The notes under the pieces: generated by a model | What the model was told of the DNA's origin: nothing | The model's database searches: none | Seen by the model: only the letters and a program-made list of their open reading frames with translations | From: an uncultured Bradymonadales bacterium | GTDB taxonomy: Bacteria > Myxococcota_A > Bradymonadia > JAFGEP01 | DNA: 64,000 nt | NCBI GenBank assembly: GCA_964503485.1 | Contig: CAZDBH010000002.1 | Span: 508-64,507 of the forward strand | Reading direction: 5' to 3' | Position numbers and translations under genes: made by a program | In this document: positions 20,866 to 31,155 of the stretch, piece by piece | Position numbering within the stretch: the first letter of the stretch is position 1 | Layout: every line of letters starts with the position of its first letter

Positions 20866-22668
20866 TTACTCGCAGCCTTCCTCGCCGCGGGTGTCGATTC
20901 CGCGGAACGGATTGAAGCAGTAGGTGTGCTCAAAGTCGTGGTCGAAGGAAAAGTGGGCTTCGAGAGCGAAGGCCGGGTCGACGAACCACATACCCTTGGT
21001 GGTGCAATCGTCGCAGGAGGTATCGATATCGAGGTCGACTCTAAAGGGAGCGGCTCGGCCCGAGTCGCTGACGCTACCACCGTGCTCTCCATCATCCGCC
21101 AAACGGCTCGGAAGCGGAACGACCTCACCCGTATTCTCGGGCGTATTGTAGTCGTAGTCGCCGCCGTAGAAGGCGGGGTTGCTGCGCTGTGTCCAGAACA
21201 GGTCGAGGAACGATGACAGACCGTAGCTGATTTCGGTGTCAGGCTCGACGCCATCTTCTACGTCTGTCCAGTTTCCGGCGACTCCCGGTGTCAGGATTCG
21301 GCTCCAGCTTGTATTCGCAAAAGGCGTGTCATCGTCGCCGCTCGGGACGTTATGACCACAGTAGTTGCTGGGAATTCGGGTCCGACCCGAACCATCGGAA
21401 CTCACAAGGCAGCTGGCATGAAGAATGTCGGACATGTAGAGCGCATAGCGACGGTCGTCTACGAGTGTGTCAGCCGACATGGTCTCCGTGATCGGAGGGC
21501 CGTCGCCATCGATGATGGCGCCGTGGCAGACGTCTTGTCCGTCACCGCCGCACTCGCTATCGGGATTCGGATACGAGTCGAGATTCCAACCCCAAATTTG
21601 CCCGTTTCCGAGACCTTCAGCCAACACAAAGTAGCCGAGCTCTTCCGTTTCCGACTTCCGCACAACAACCAAACTATACGCGAAATCATGTTCTACAGCG
21701 GTGCTATAGACCGTGCCGGATTCTTCCGCGCCGAGCGGATAGTAGAAGACGTACTGCACGAAGTAATGCGTCGTGGTCTCGAGCACGTTCCAGTAGGCGT
21801 GGGCCGGAAGCAGGTCGCCGGAGCGAGCGTTTGTCCAGTTGTTGGCAGCGTCCAAATCACCGTCGAAGTCGACTTTCGTGAACCAATCGATACGGTTGTT
21901 TCGGTTTCGGCCGTCAGCCGGGCGAACCTCGGCGTAGACGACGGGTGCGTAGGCTTCTGCAATCGCTTGATAGTCAGTCAAGTCGTAGCCGACGGTCGTG
22001 AACTCGAGGACGAAGTCCTGGGCCATGTTCAAGCTGTTCTCAGCGCGCACTTCGCGTTTGACCCGAAGAAGGTACGGCGAAGAGGGCTCGAAAGGCTGGC
22101 GGTCGCCACCTTCGGCCAACGCCAGAGTCACTGTCCGAGAACTCTCGTCGTAGGTCACAGTTCGGGTCAGTCGGTTTCCTCGCCAATCCTCGATGAAGAT
22201 GTTTGGCGGAATGCTGGTCGAACGCATTGGCTGGTCGAAGGTTACGCTGATGTCAGCGTCCAAAGCCACGTCGGTTGCTGCGTCAGCCGCGGGAACCGAA
22301 CTAACGACAGTCGGGGCGTCAGCGAAGACCTCCTCGGGAGCATCTTCAGTAGCGTCAGGCGTGACCGTGTCAGGTGTGCCTGTGTCAGGTGTGCCTGTAT
22401 CGTCGTCGGTGACGTCCCGGTCTGCTTCGCAGCTGCCTGCATTACAGATTTCGCCGGAGCGACAATCGTCGTTGTCTCTGCAGGCATCATCATTATTGCC
22501 ATCAACGCACTGGCCGCCTGTGCAGACCTGGCCTGTAGCACAATCCGAAGACAGGATGCAGCCACCTGGTTCATCGTCACCGCACGCCACAAAAAGTGTG
22601 AGCGACAATAGACTCAGGAGCGAAAGACATGAGAGTAGTGGGGAGAATAATCGATTGCGATGCGTCAT
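20866..22668 (-). CDS. Cys-rich secreted lipoprotein with an SbsA-like Ig domain and a TPDTG tandem-repeat linker.
   Basis: Signal + lipobox (LSLLSLTLFVACGDD). CxxGxxC modules (CATGQVCTGGQCVDGNNDDACRDNDDCRSGEICNAGSCE). Ig-like segment VVSSVPAADAATDVALDADISVTFDQPM. DTGTPDTGTPDTVTPD repeat encoded by a 15-bp tandem repeat at ~22340-22400. Confidence 0.5.
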   Translation of the reverse strand: MTHRNRLFSPLLSCLSLLSLLSLTLFVACGDDEPGGCILSSDCATGQVCTGGQCVDGNNDDACRDNDDCRSGEICNAGSCEADRDVTDDDTGTPDTGTPDTVTPDATEDAPEEVFADAPTVVSSVPAADAATDVALDADISVTFDQPMRSTSIPPNIFIEDWRGNRLTRTVTYDESSRTVTLALAEGGDRQPFEPSSPYLLRVKREVRAENSLNMAQDFVLEFTTVGYDLTDYQAIAEAYAPVVYAEVRPADGRNRNNRIDWFTKVDFDGDLDAANNWTNARSGDLLPAHAYWNVLETTTHYFVQYVFYYPLGAEESGTVYSTAVEHDFAYSLVVVRKSETEELGYFVLAEGLGNGQIWGWNLDSYPNPDSECGGDGQDVCHGAIIDGDGPPITETMSADTLVDDRRYALYMSDILHASCLVSSDGSGRTRIPSNYCGHNVPSGDDDTPFANTSWSRILTPGVAGNWTDVEDGVEPDTEISYGLSSFLDLFWTQRSNPAFYGGDYDYNTPENTGEVVPLPSRLADDGEHGGSVSDSGRAAPFRVDLDIDTSCDDCTTKGMWFVDPAFALEAHFSFDHDFEHTYCFNPFRGIDTRGEEGCE

Positions 22669-22837
22669 TTTTACAACATCCGAAATAAGGAAAACAAATG
22701 GACCATTGTTTCACTGGGGTGACGTCAGTATCATGCGGCGATTTTTGGTCGTCCGACGATGCCGGCGCACGGTGTTGCGGTTTATAGCAGACGCGCCAGG
22801 CGTTTCAAAGGAAAAGTAACAGCGAGTACCGCGGACA

Positions 22838-24085
22838 TTGTTTTACGAGACTTTCATTTCTACACGCTACCTCAGGGCGACCCGCAAGTCGTTTTTGAGC
22901 ACCATCACGCTGATCAGTGCGGTCGGGGTGATCCTCGGTGTAACCGCTCTGACCGCAGTTGTCAGCGTCACCGGTGGGTTCCAAACCGCCTATCGAGAGC
23001 GGGTCCTCGGCGTGTATCCGCACATCATGTTGTTGCCGACCTCGAGCCATTTTCCCGAATACCGCGAGGTGATGGCCGCCATTGATGGCGTCGACGGTGT
23101 GAGCAGCGTGAACGCCTTCGTGCGGCAGCCCCTCATGGTCTACACCGAGTCAGCGCGAGCCATGATTGTGGCCCGCGGAATGGATATGGAGTACCTCACC
23201 GGCGAGGCGGGGCTCGCCGAGTATGTCACCGAAGGTGAGCTCTCGGACCTCGCGTACGATCCCTATTCGCCCGACGAGCAGCTCCCCGGTCTCTTTTTGG
23301 GGAGCGAACTGGCTCGTACCCTCCAGGCGGAGATAGGGACTGAGGTGACAGCGGTCTCTCACCTACGCGGAACAGGCTTTGCCCTTGGGCCGAGTCAGAT
23401 GGCGCCAACCAGCGTTCGCTTCAGGGTCGCTGGTGTCTTCGAGGTCGGCTACAACGACTTCGACAGTCACTTGGCACTCACTGACCTGCGGACCGTCCAG
23501 CACTTTCTCAACCGGGGCGATGTGGTGACGGGAATCGATGTCCGGGTGGACGACATCTTCGCGACTGCCGCCATCGGTTCGACGATAACGGGACGCCTGC
23601 CAGCCGGTGGCTACCAAGCCCTTGGATGGGATGAAATCCACCGAAATCTCTTTCGAAGTCTCGCGCTCCAGAAGCTCGCGCTGAGCCTCATCATGATCAT
23701 CATCGTTGTCGTAGCCAGTTTCAACATCGTGAGTACCCTCGTGATGATGGTGCTCGACAAGACCAAAGAGATCGCCATTCTCAAGTCGCTCGGGGCGAGC
23801 AGGGGCGGGATCAGACGGATATTCATGACCCAGGGGCTCATCATCGGGACCGTGGGTACGTCGCTGGGCCTCGCGATGGGCTACGTCGTCTGCCGTCTCG
23901 TCGAACGCGTCGACTTCGGGCTCGATCCCAGCGTCTACAAGATCTCCTCTCTACCCGTGGACATGCAGCTGCACGAGTTCCTGTTCGTGGCCCTGATCTC
24001 TGTTTGCATCAGTATCGCCGCGACGGCGGTGCCGGCCGTTCTAGCGGGTCGCATCAAGCCAGTAGACGGTCTGCGATACGACTGA
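22838..24085 (+). CDS. Lipoprotein-releasing system permease, LolC/LolE (FtsX-like) family.
   Basis: N-terminus FISTRYLRATRKSFLSTITLISAVGVILGVTAL matches the LolC/E start (F..RYLR...F.S.IS.ISM.G...GV.AL). Large periplasmic loop and C-terminal FtsX-type 3-TM module. No adjacent LolD ATPase. Confidence 0.75.
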   Translation: MFYETFISTRYLRATRKSFLSTITLISAVGVILGVTALTAVVSVTGGFQTAYRERVLGVYPHIMLLPTSSHFPEYREVMAAIDGVDGVSSVNAFVRQPLMVYTESARAMIVARGMDMEYLTGEAGLAEYVTEGELSDLAYDPYSPDEQLPGLFLGSELARTLQAEIGTEVTAVSHLRGTGFALGPSQMAPTSVRFRVAGVFEVGYNDFDSHLALTDLRTVQHFLNRGDVVTGIDVRVDDIFATAAIGSTITGRLPAGGYQALGWDEIHRNLFRSLALQKLALSLIMIIIVVVASFNIVSTLVMMVLDKTKEIAILKSLGASRGGIRRIFMTQGLIIGTVGTSLGLAMGYVVCRLVERVDFGLDPSVYKISSLPVDMQLHEFLFVALISVCISIAATAVPAVLAGRIKPVDGLRYD

Positions 24086-24145
24086 TCTCGGCGTCGCCGT
24101 AGTCCGGACAGCCAACCTTGTGAGTAGGGAACGGAGCCTGGGCTG

Positions 24146-27100
24146 CTACCCGAGGCGCCTAGCTCTCATGTAGTGACCCTGGCTCGCGGCCAGCTGGACC
24201 GCCCGAGGAGTAGCATCTCGCCCTTTGCCGACCAGTCGCTCGGTCTCGGCGATCAACCAGGCGATATAGAGTGTATCGCCAGTCCGACCAGCGTCGTCAG
24301 CTAGTTTGAGCGAGGCTTCGAGCGGGGTCATTTGATCCGCCAGAGATTTGGGGTTGCGAAGCGCTCCCAGAGCGTGGGTCAGCGAACGCAAACGGTTTTC
24401 CACTGGCTTGGAGTCCAGCCGCCTAGCCAAGGCGCTAAACTCACTCAGACGAGAGGCCGCTTCCTTGGCGCGATCGGGAACAAGCAGCGACTCAACGATC
24501 CAGGGAGCGAGGCGCAAACAGAAGTCGTTGAGGCCTGCGTTGTGGGCCGCCACGAACGCTTCGTTCAACAGCTCAGCAGCCGACTCATTTTCGCCCGAGG
24601 CCAAGGCCAACAGTCCTTTGAGCTGTGCCGCGACGATGTCTCTGCCTTCCACCGGGCAGGCAGAGAGCAGTGACAAGACGGTCTCTCCGGTGCCCCTTCG
24701 GATTTCACAGCTGCCCAGTCGTGAAACAACCGCCACCCCTAACTGGGGACTACAGCGAACGACTGAAATAGCACGGACAGCGTCACTGTAGAGCTTTGAG
24801 GCTCGCTTCAGGTGGCCCTGAAAGTCATGCCACTCGCCCAGCGCCAGGGCCACACGTCCCACCGAACGGGCCGACGACGATCCAGATGCGTCCACTGACA
24901 GGCAAGCGATCGTGTCCGCGACCCCGTCCTCCTCTCCCGTCCGCAGAGCCAAGCGGAGCTGCTGCGACATAACTTGAAGGATTGCGTCTTCAGCCTTTAG
25001 CTCGGCACTCTGAGTGGCCAGTCTACCGAGGGCCTCGCGGACGCGGGCGATTCGGTGCGCGCTGAGGCCGTGGTCGACCTGCTCAATGCGGATTCGAACC
25101 GCCTGCGAGGAGTGTCTTCGACCGCCCGACATCGTTCGGGCCACAGAGCCGAGATAGTTGATTGCCAAGTCGGTGAAACCGGAAAACGCCAACAAGGAGG
25201 CGTGTTCTTTGGCGAGACTCTCGGCTCTATCCAAGTCGCCTACGTTGGCGAACAGTCGGGCAGCACGGGGTTTGCGAAGAACGGACCCTGGTCCTGGACC
25301 GGCCAGCCGCGTGGCAAGCCTGCGGGTCATTCGGAGCTGTTCTCTGTGGTCAGGCTCGCCGCCGAAGGCCTCGTAGACCGTTCTGAGGCCGATGGACCAA
25401 TGATCGACCGGCAGTTCGACCAGCAGATGCATACCCGCAAGGCGTCGGCACACCCGATGAACAGTCCCAGCCTCGTCTCCCACCAACCGCGCAAGCGAGA
25501 CACTGGGTATCGCGATTCGGGTGGCCGCCAACAGGGCCAGGATTCGAGCGGGCAGGGGTTCCAAACCCAAGGGAAGCCAGTCGAGACGCTCGGGACGTTT
25601 GCTCGGCGCTCGACCGAACTTCTGGCGGAGGGCTTGGTCCACCGCCAGCTGCGGACTGCCAGCCGCAACTCGCACCGCCTCGTCCGGCACCTCCTCATCG
25701 GTGATGTGGCCAATCAGCTTGCGAATCGCTACTTCTTCGAGGGGAGGCAACACAATCGTCGACCGTATGCTCTCGTCGGCTGCTCGGCCCAGCTGGGTCA
25801 GCAGACCCCGATTGCTGCTCGCGATGACGAGCAGCAGTGGCACCTTCTCGGAGGCAGCCAGCGCGCCGTGAATCAGCTCGAGTGACATCACGTCCGCTAG
25901 CTCGGCCGAATCGATGAGAACGGCTAACGCACTCTTTTCACATTCTGTCGTCGACTGAATCAGCGAGCCGATGCTGGTTCGAGCCTCTCGCATCGACGTG
26001 TTTTGCAGATTCATCAGCGATTTGAGGGCGGCACGAGTGGTGCTGTCGCCGATTTTGCTCCGCTCGAGGCCAGTTGCTAGCTCAGCGCCCGGGTCTGGAC
26101 CCCAGGAGAGGTCCTTGCCGGTGGTAATGAAGCTGAGTAGGTCGGCCATACAGCTGTACGGGTGGGCCGCCGAGTCCGAGTGAGGCTGAATCAAAAAGGC
26201 CCTGACGCCGCTCTCGTTCAGCTTCGAATGGGCAACTCGCAGCAAATGCGTCTTACCGCTACCGCGAGTTCCGCTCACAAACACAACCTGCGAAGCGCCC
26301 TTGCCCACCTTCTTGGAGGCCTCCACGATCAGATCGAGTTGCTCCTCGCGGCCGTTCGATTCCAGCAGTTCCTCGGCCTGATCGCGGAGCCGAAGCACGA
26401 AAAGCTCGCCCGAGGGCGGGCCGCTCCCGTCGACTCCCCATAAATCGTTTGTGGTGACGGCCTCGATCGCTCCGAGACCGGGATCGGACGTGAAGGAGCC
26501 GGTACCGATTTGGCTCGCGAGCATGCCCGAATACACGACAGACGTGCTCAGCTCGATGTCGCCCACATCTTCCAAAAACCGAGCCAGGGCTCTGGCTCCC
26601 ACATCCGGATGGCGAGCGTGCAAGTACGACACGATGCGGTCATAGAGGAGGTTCAGATCGACCCGGCGGTCGGCCGGGTTTTTGGAAAGCATGGCCTCGA
26701 CGATCTCTCGAAACGGCTCGGGCACACTTCGAAGAAGTTCCTCACCGACGTCACCCTTTTTCGCGTTCTTGCGTACCCGACTCGCTGTGCTGTCCGCGTA
26801 GGGATGGACTCCCGAGCACACCTCGACGATGTGAAGCCCCAGCGAGAAGAAGTCACTTCTCGGATCGGCCCATCCCCCCTCAGCCACCTCGGGGCTGGCA
26901 TAGCCGAATGCTCGAAGGACACCATCTTTCTCACTGAGGTCGAGCTCCTCTATTGGCCGAAACACACCGAAGTCCGCGACCTTGATTTCGCCCTGGACGC
27001 CGATGAGGACGTTGCGCGGATGCAAGTCGCAGTGGGCGAGTCGCACCGGCTCCAGTGAATTGCCAGCCGAGCGCCGGTGGGCATACTCTACGGCCTTCAC

Positions 27101-27484
27101 CAACTCCGAGACAATGAAGAGTCCGAGTGGGGCGTTCAAGACGAGGTTGCCGCTGTGGGCCGTATCACGAAGTTTTGCGAGATCGTATCCCTCGACGAAC
27201 TCTTCGGTGAGATAGTATTCACCGTCGAGCTCACCCAGATCGAGCGCTTGTACGATATTGGCGTGAGATAGTGAGCAGTGCAGACGAATCTGTTGCAGGT
27301 AGCGCTTTATGAACGCTTCGTCGGCAATGTCCTGGCGCAGCCGCTTTATGACGACGGTTCGACGAAAACCCTCGACTCCATGACTTGTCGCCAGAAAAAT
27401 CTCTGAGATACGCCCGATCGCTATGCGCTCGGCTAACTCGTACCGCCCAAAGAAGACCTGGCCGCTATTGGCCTCGTCCGACAT
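24146..27484 (-). CDS. STAND-type signalling protein: N-terminal Ser/Thr-kinase-like domain (atypical motifs) + AAA+/NACHT-like P-loop NTPase + TPR-like C-terminal repeats.
   Basis: Kinase-like motifs: VVIKRL, HCDLHPRN (in place of HRDLKPxN), DFG, SPE. Walker A VFVSGTRGSGKTHLL at ~aa 400. Long helical repeat C-terminus. 1112 aa. Confidence 0.7.
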   Translation of the reverse strand: MSDEANSGQVFFGRYELAERIAIGRISEIFLATSHGVEGFRRTVVIKRLRQDIADEAFIKRYLQQIRLHCSLSHANIVQALDLGELDGEYYLTEEFVEGYDLAKLRDTAHSGNLVLNAPLGLFIVSELVKAVEYAHRRSAGNSLEPVRLAHCDLHPRNVLIGVQGEIKVADFGVFRPIEELDLSEKDGVLRAFGYASPEVAEGGWADPRSDFFSLGLHIVEVCSGVHPYADSTASRVRKNAKKGDVGEELLRSVPEPFREIVEAMLSKNPADRRVDLNLLYDRIVSYLHARHPDVGARALARFLEDVGDIELSTSVVYSGMLASQIGTGSFTSDPGLGAIEAVTTNDLWGVDGSGPPSGELFVLRLRDQAEELLESNGREEQLDLIVEASKKVGKGASQVVFVSGTRGSGKTHLLRVAHSKLNESGVRAFLIQPHSDSAAHPYSCMADLLSFITTGKDLSWGPDPGAELATGLERSKIGDSTTRAALKSLMNLQNTSMREARTSIGSLIQSTTECEKSALAVLIDSAELADVMSLELIHGALAASEKVPLLLVIASSNRGLLTQLGRAADESIRSTIVLPPLEEVAIRKLIGHITDEEVPDEAVRVAAGSPQLAVDQALRQKFGRAPSKRPERLDWLPLGLEPLPARILALLAATRIAIPSVSLARLVGDEAGTVHRVCRRLAGMHLLVELPVDHWSIGLRTVYEAFGGEPDHREQLRMTRRLATRLAGPGPGSVLRKPRAARLFANVGDLDRAESLAKEHASLLAFSGFTDLAINYLGSVARTMSGGRRHSSQAVRIRIEQVDHGLSAHRIARVREALGRLATQSAELKAEDAILQVMSQQLRLALRTGEEDGVADTIACLSVDASGSSSARSVGRVALALGEWHDFQGHLKRASKLYSDAVRAISVVRCSPQLGVAVVSRLGSCEIRRGTGETVLSLLSACPVEGRDIVAAQLKGLLALASGENESAAELLNEAFVAAHNAGLNDFCLRLAPWIVESLLVPDRAKEAASRLSEFSALARRLDSKPVENRLRSLTHALGALRNPKSLADQMTPLEASLKLADDAGRTGDTLYIAWLIAETERLVGKGRDATPRAVQLAASQGHYMRARRLG

Positions 27485-27679
27485 GCCGCCCCTATTGCAC
27501 CTTCAACACTGGAAATTACTCCGTCTTGAGGCAATTTGCCAAACGATCGCCGACCATTGTTCACGATTTTTTTTGAGGGCGCCGCCCAGTGGCCTATTCT
27601 CCACAGTGCAGAGGAGCCCCGCGGGGTACTTTCTGGGCTACGGATGGCCGTGCGGAGTGTTTCACTATTGGAGGACAGG

Positions 27680-28453
27680 ATGTCTTCGTCATACGCTCGA
27701 TTCGTTTTTCCCATTCTGATTCTATCTGTTGCTCTGGCGTGTGGACCCAGCGCTCCCGAGTCGATGGAGGATACCGCTCTATACCACCTCGAGCTTGCAC
27801 AGGGGCACTGGGACGGCGGTGAGGTACCGGCAGCAATCGAGGAGTGCCAGTTCGCATTGGCTCTGGATCCCCAGCTTGCCGAGGCTCATTTTCTCTTGGC
27901 GTTCATTTTCAGCGGACGCAACTTGCTGCCCCAGGCAGTTCAGCACTACCGCCAAGCTCTGCTCCTGAGGCCGGACCACCATGAGATTACCAACAATCTC
28001 GGCGTCGTTTTCCTTCAACTCGAGCGATGGGAGGAGGCCGAGGAACTCTTCATGCAACTCACTGAGATTCCGAGCTACGCTACCCCAGGCCATGCATACA
28101 ACAACCTAGGTTGGGCTCGATTCAAACAGGATCGAATCCGTGAAGCCCTGGCCGATTTCGAGATGGCAACCTATCTTCAGCCCGATTTGTGCTTGGCCTA
28201 CAACAATCAAGGCCTAGCTCTTATCGAACTCGAACGATTCGATGACGCAACCGATATACTGTCTCGCTGTATCGAGCGATGCGCTCGCTATCCAGAACCG
28301 CGCTATCATCTCGGACGGATTTATCATGGAACCGGGCGATACACAGAAGCGGAGACGCTCTTCGAAGAATGCGTCGAAATGGGGCCCTACACTGATTTGG
28401 GTCGTCGCTGCACTGAGTATCTGGATGTATATCAACCTTCCGCCCGCAGATAG
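27680..28453 (+). CDS. Tetratricopeptide-repeat lipoprotein.
   Basis: Signal + lipobox (ILILSVALACGPS). Several TPR units (AEAHFLLAFIFSGRNLLPQAVQHYRQAL, AYNNLGWARFKQ, AYNNQGLALIE). RBS ggagg precedes the ATG at 27680. Confidence 0.6.
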   Translation: MSSSYARFVFPILILSVALACGPSAPESMEDTALYHLELAQGHWDGGEVPAAIEECQFALALDPQLAEAHFLLAFIFSGRNLLPQAVQHYRQALLLRPDHHEITNNLGVVFLQLERWEEAEELFMQLTEIPSYATPGHAYNNLGWARFKQDRIREALADFEMATYLQPDLCLAYNNQGLALIELERFDDATDILSRCIERCARYPEPRYHLGRIYHGTGRYTEAETLFEECVEMGPYTDLGRRCTEYLDVYQPSARR

Positions 28454-28546
28454 GGGCGCTCCTCCGTCCCTGAACCCGACACTCGGACAGGGGCCGTTTA
28501 GAGGTGGGCTGGTGAGTTCACCACCATTGCCGCCGCGGCGGATTCT

Positions 28547-29863
28547 CTAGAAATCCTGCCTCAACTCGAGACCGACATTCCAGATCGTACCTCCAGTCTC
28601 CATTGCCCCCTGTTCGAGGGCCCCGTGCTCGGTGTCTTTGACTGTATTGCGCGGAACGAGCTGGTTGAGTTGAAGATGAAAGTCAATCGTCATGGGGAGT
28701 TCGGCCACTTGCAAGGGATCGGGGAAGGTAGCACCGCCGCCCAGAGAGAAGACGTTCACGCTGTTGTCCATCATCGACGTGTAGCCGACCTGATCAGGTA
28801 GAATTGCCGGGCGGTGGAAATAGCCGGCCCGCGTCACGAATATGTCATTGATCTGCCACTCGATTCCAAATCGCGGAATGACCACGTCTTGTGCACCCAA
28901 GTTCAGATCCGTTGATTGAATATCGAAAAGGGTACTCACGGTATCCTCTTCGGGCCGCAGCTCTTCGTCAGTTACAACGGCGCTGATTTGTGCGGTGGGA
29001 TCGGGTGCAGAGCTCCACAGTGCGATGGTGAGATCGGCCGCGAGCAGGATGTCCGGTTCGGCGATTCGGTAGGCCGTCCCCACATTGACCTGTCGCGGCG
29101 AGTACAGCGTGGTTCCCGCGACGTCCAGAGTGAGGGTCCCAACGCCTTCGAAATCAAAGAGAATCGGAAGGTCGTAGGTGAGTTCCAATTCGTCCCTGAA
29201 GGTGACGCCGAGTTCGAAGGGCCCGTAGCCGGTGCTCAGACCGACAATGGGACCAGTGGTGCCGGATAGTTCGACGGTCAGCGATCGCGATTCCATACGG
29301 CGGTCAATGACGTCGCCGGTGACATTCACTCCGGAGTCGAGAGCCGCCAGGATCTGAACACCAACCCCGATGCGGAGCCAGTCGGTAATCCGAAATCCGA
29401 TCGCGGGAGCGATGACCAGATGGTCGGGCAGACCTTCGTACATGTAGAAAAAGGGTCTGGCAGGATCGATGGCTTCCAACCGCGTCAGTTCGATGAGCGG
29501 AACAAAGAGAGCGAATCCGATTGAGACCCGGTAGTCGATTCGACCCCCCAAGGGGAAAACAAAACCGAGACTCAAACCCATGTTTTGAGAGGGCAGTTCG
29601 GGCTCCGCTTGGTCGGGTACATCCGATTCGATGTACATCTGCGGATTGACGTAATTGGTCGCCAATCCGAAGTGGGTGTTGCGACGCAACACGAGATTTG
29701 CGGGATTGTAATAGATGGCTGCGTGGTCTCTAGCCGCTGCGCCTTGGGCGCTTCCCATAGCAGTGGCGCGCGAGCCAAACCCGAACACATCGAAGGGGGA
29801 GGCCTGGGCAGAACTGGACGAAACCAATAGGACTGCAAAAACGAGTGAGGAGAGGTACCGCAT
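28547..29863 (-). CDS. Outer-membrane transport protein, FadL/OmpP1/TodX-like family.
   Basis: Signal peptide, N-terminal hatch region with a conserved NPA motif (AAIYYNPANL), beta-strand-rich body, C-terminal aromatic (…LRQDF). The family assignment is tentative. Confidence 0.45.
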   Translation of the reverse strand: MRYLSSLVFAVLLVSSSSAQASPFDVFGFGSRATAMGSAQGAAARDHAAIYYNPANLVLRRNTHFGLATNYVNPQMYIESDVPDQAEPELPSQNMGLSLGFVFPLGGRIDYRVSIGFALFVPLIELTRLEAIDPARPFFYMYEGLPDHLVIAPAIGFRITDWLRIGVGVQILAALDSGVNVTGDVIDRRMESRSLTVELSGTTGPIVGLSTGYGPFELGVTFRDELELTYDLPILFDFEGVGTLTLDVAGTTLYSPRQVNVGTAYRIAEPDILLAADLTIALWSSAPDPTAQISAVVTDEELRPEEDTVSTLFDIQSTDLNLGAQDVVIPRFGIEWQINDIFVTRAGYFHRPAILPDQVGYTSMMDNSVNVFSLGGGATFPDPLQVAELPMTIDFHLQLNQLVPRNTVKDTEHGALEQGAMETGGTIWNVGLELRQDF

Positions 29864-29866
29864 CGC

Positions 29867-31150
29867 CTAAAAGCTGAGCAGGAGCCCCACATTCAAGTCG
29901 AGCTGGACGGACAGTTCATCGAAGAGCACCATCGAGTAGACATCGACGAGGAGGCCCACATTGTCGGTGAAGAAGTAGGCGTAGCCGAAGCCGACACCGC
30001 CGTGAAACGGGCCTTCTCTGGTTGTGTCGACAAACTCAACCGTGGGGCTGAGGTCGACGGTATGTCGGATGTGACCCCAACCGCCACCGAAGGAGGCGTA
30101 CATTCGGGTCGGTCCGTCGAGCAGGAAGTACCATTTCAGTTTGCCGCCGACGATGATTTCGAGCTCGACTCCGTTCTCGAGCAAGACAGTCTGAAGACGC
30201 AGGAAGGGACCAAACTGGAACGCGTCGGCAAAGTAGAAGCCGATATCGGCAAAGAAATGGAGTGGGGTTAGCGCAACACCCGGATTCAGGTCGACGCGCC
30301 CACCCATGACCAAGGGTTCGCCGGTGGCGAGTCCACCGCCAGAGCCGACCCCCAAGGCAATCGCGATGACTTCATTGATTGCGTTGCCGGTTTCTGGTCC
30401 ATCTCCGTCCAGAATGACCACGGTATGCGGGGCGTTCGGCGTGGCGCTGGTGGCCAGAATTCGGTCGTCGGGACCCACTGCCTGAAGGAAGTACTCGACT
30501 TGGAGCCCTGCATCCTCTGTGAAGCTGCCTGGAACCGTCGCGTAGAACTCCGTGGGGCTGCTCAACATCATATTCGAGAGATGGTACCGGGTCTGCCCGT
30601 GAGCTCTGTAACCCAACACGATTCGATGAACTCCGGCCCCGCCGGGAATGCTGGCGGTCACTGTCAGAGGTTGACCGGCCCGAACCGTAACGGGTGGGGC
30701 GTGGGTGAGTAGTTCTTCCGGTGGCTCGATCGTCTGATTGGGCACACGCTCCCGCGCGGCGGCGAGCAGAGCCTCAAGCTCGGGGTTCGTGTAGTAGGGA
30801 TTGAGAACGGCCTCAGGGGCCTCGAGCAGACCGTCAACGAACCGCTGAATCGTGATCTCGGGGTCCGCATACAGTGCGTGCTCAACGATACCCAACATCA
30901 TGTGGACATCGGCCAGGGCCTCGCCGTGGACCGCATTTTGCTCGGCGACACCGACCGCTTCTTCGAGAACTCGGACCGCATCTTCGAGCTGCAGCGTATC
31001 GTAGTGATCGAGCGACTGATCGACGAGCGCTTGAATCCGCTCCTCGGGCGTTGGGCTCTGGCCAAACGCCAGAGTCGGCGAGAGCACAATCAGAGCCCCG
31101 ATCAGCAACGTGACCGAAGTGAGGAGTCTATAACTTGAGACACATTTCAT
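29867..31150 (-). CDS. Hypothetical outer-membrane / secreted protein.
   Basis: Signal peptide (LLIGALIVLSPTLAFGQSP), Gly/aromatic-rich beta-strand C-terminal half ending …LLLSF. 3-bp gap to the downstream FadL-like gene. Confidence 0.45.
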   Translation of the reverse strand: MKCVSSYRLLTSVTLLIGALIVLSPTLAFGQSPTPEERIQALVDQSLDHYDTLQLEDAVRVLEEAVGVAEQNAVHGEALADVHMMLGIVEHALYADPEITIQRFVDGLLEAPEAVLNPYYTNPELEALLAAARERVPNQTIEPPEELLTHAPPVTVRAGQPLTVTASIPGGAGVHRIVLGYRAHGQTRYHLSNMMLSSPTEFYATVPGSFTEDAGLQVEYFLQAVGPDDRILATSATPNAPHTVVILDGDGPETGNAINEVIAIALGVGSGGGLATGEPLVMGGRVDLNPGVALTPLHFFADIGFYFADAFQFGPFLRLQTVLLENGVELEIIVGGKLKWYFLLDGPTRMYASFGGGWGHIRHTVDLSPTVEFVDTTREGPFHGGVGFGYAYFFTDNVGLLVDVYSMVLFDELSVQLDLNVGLLLSF

Positions 31151-31155
31151 TTGAG

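Noticed and set aside
21352-22611. 419-aa plus-strand ORF overlapping the 600-aa minus-strand gene
   Set aside because: High-GC antisense ORF artefact. Its translation lacks any motif, whereas the minus-strand product has a signal/lipobox, Cys-rich modules and an Ig-like domain consistent with its neighbours.
25055-25885. 276-aa plus-strand ORF (and many 60-200-aa ORFs such as 1725..2330, 2622..3335, 19599..20462, 19853..20626, 46725..47183, 51300..51896, 56864..57640, 61531..62001)
   Set aside because: All lie antisense to, or out of frame within, long well-supported genes, and are Arg/Pro/Ser-rich in the manner typical of spurious ORFs in GC-rich DNA.
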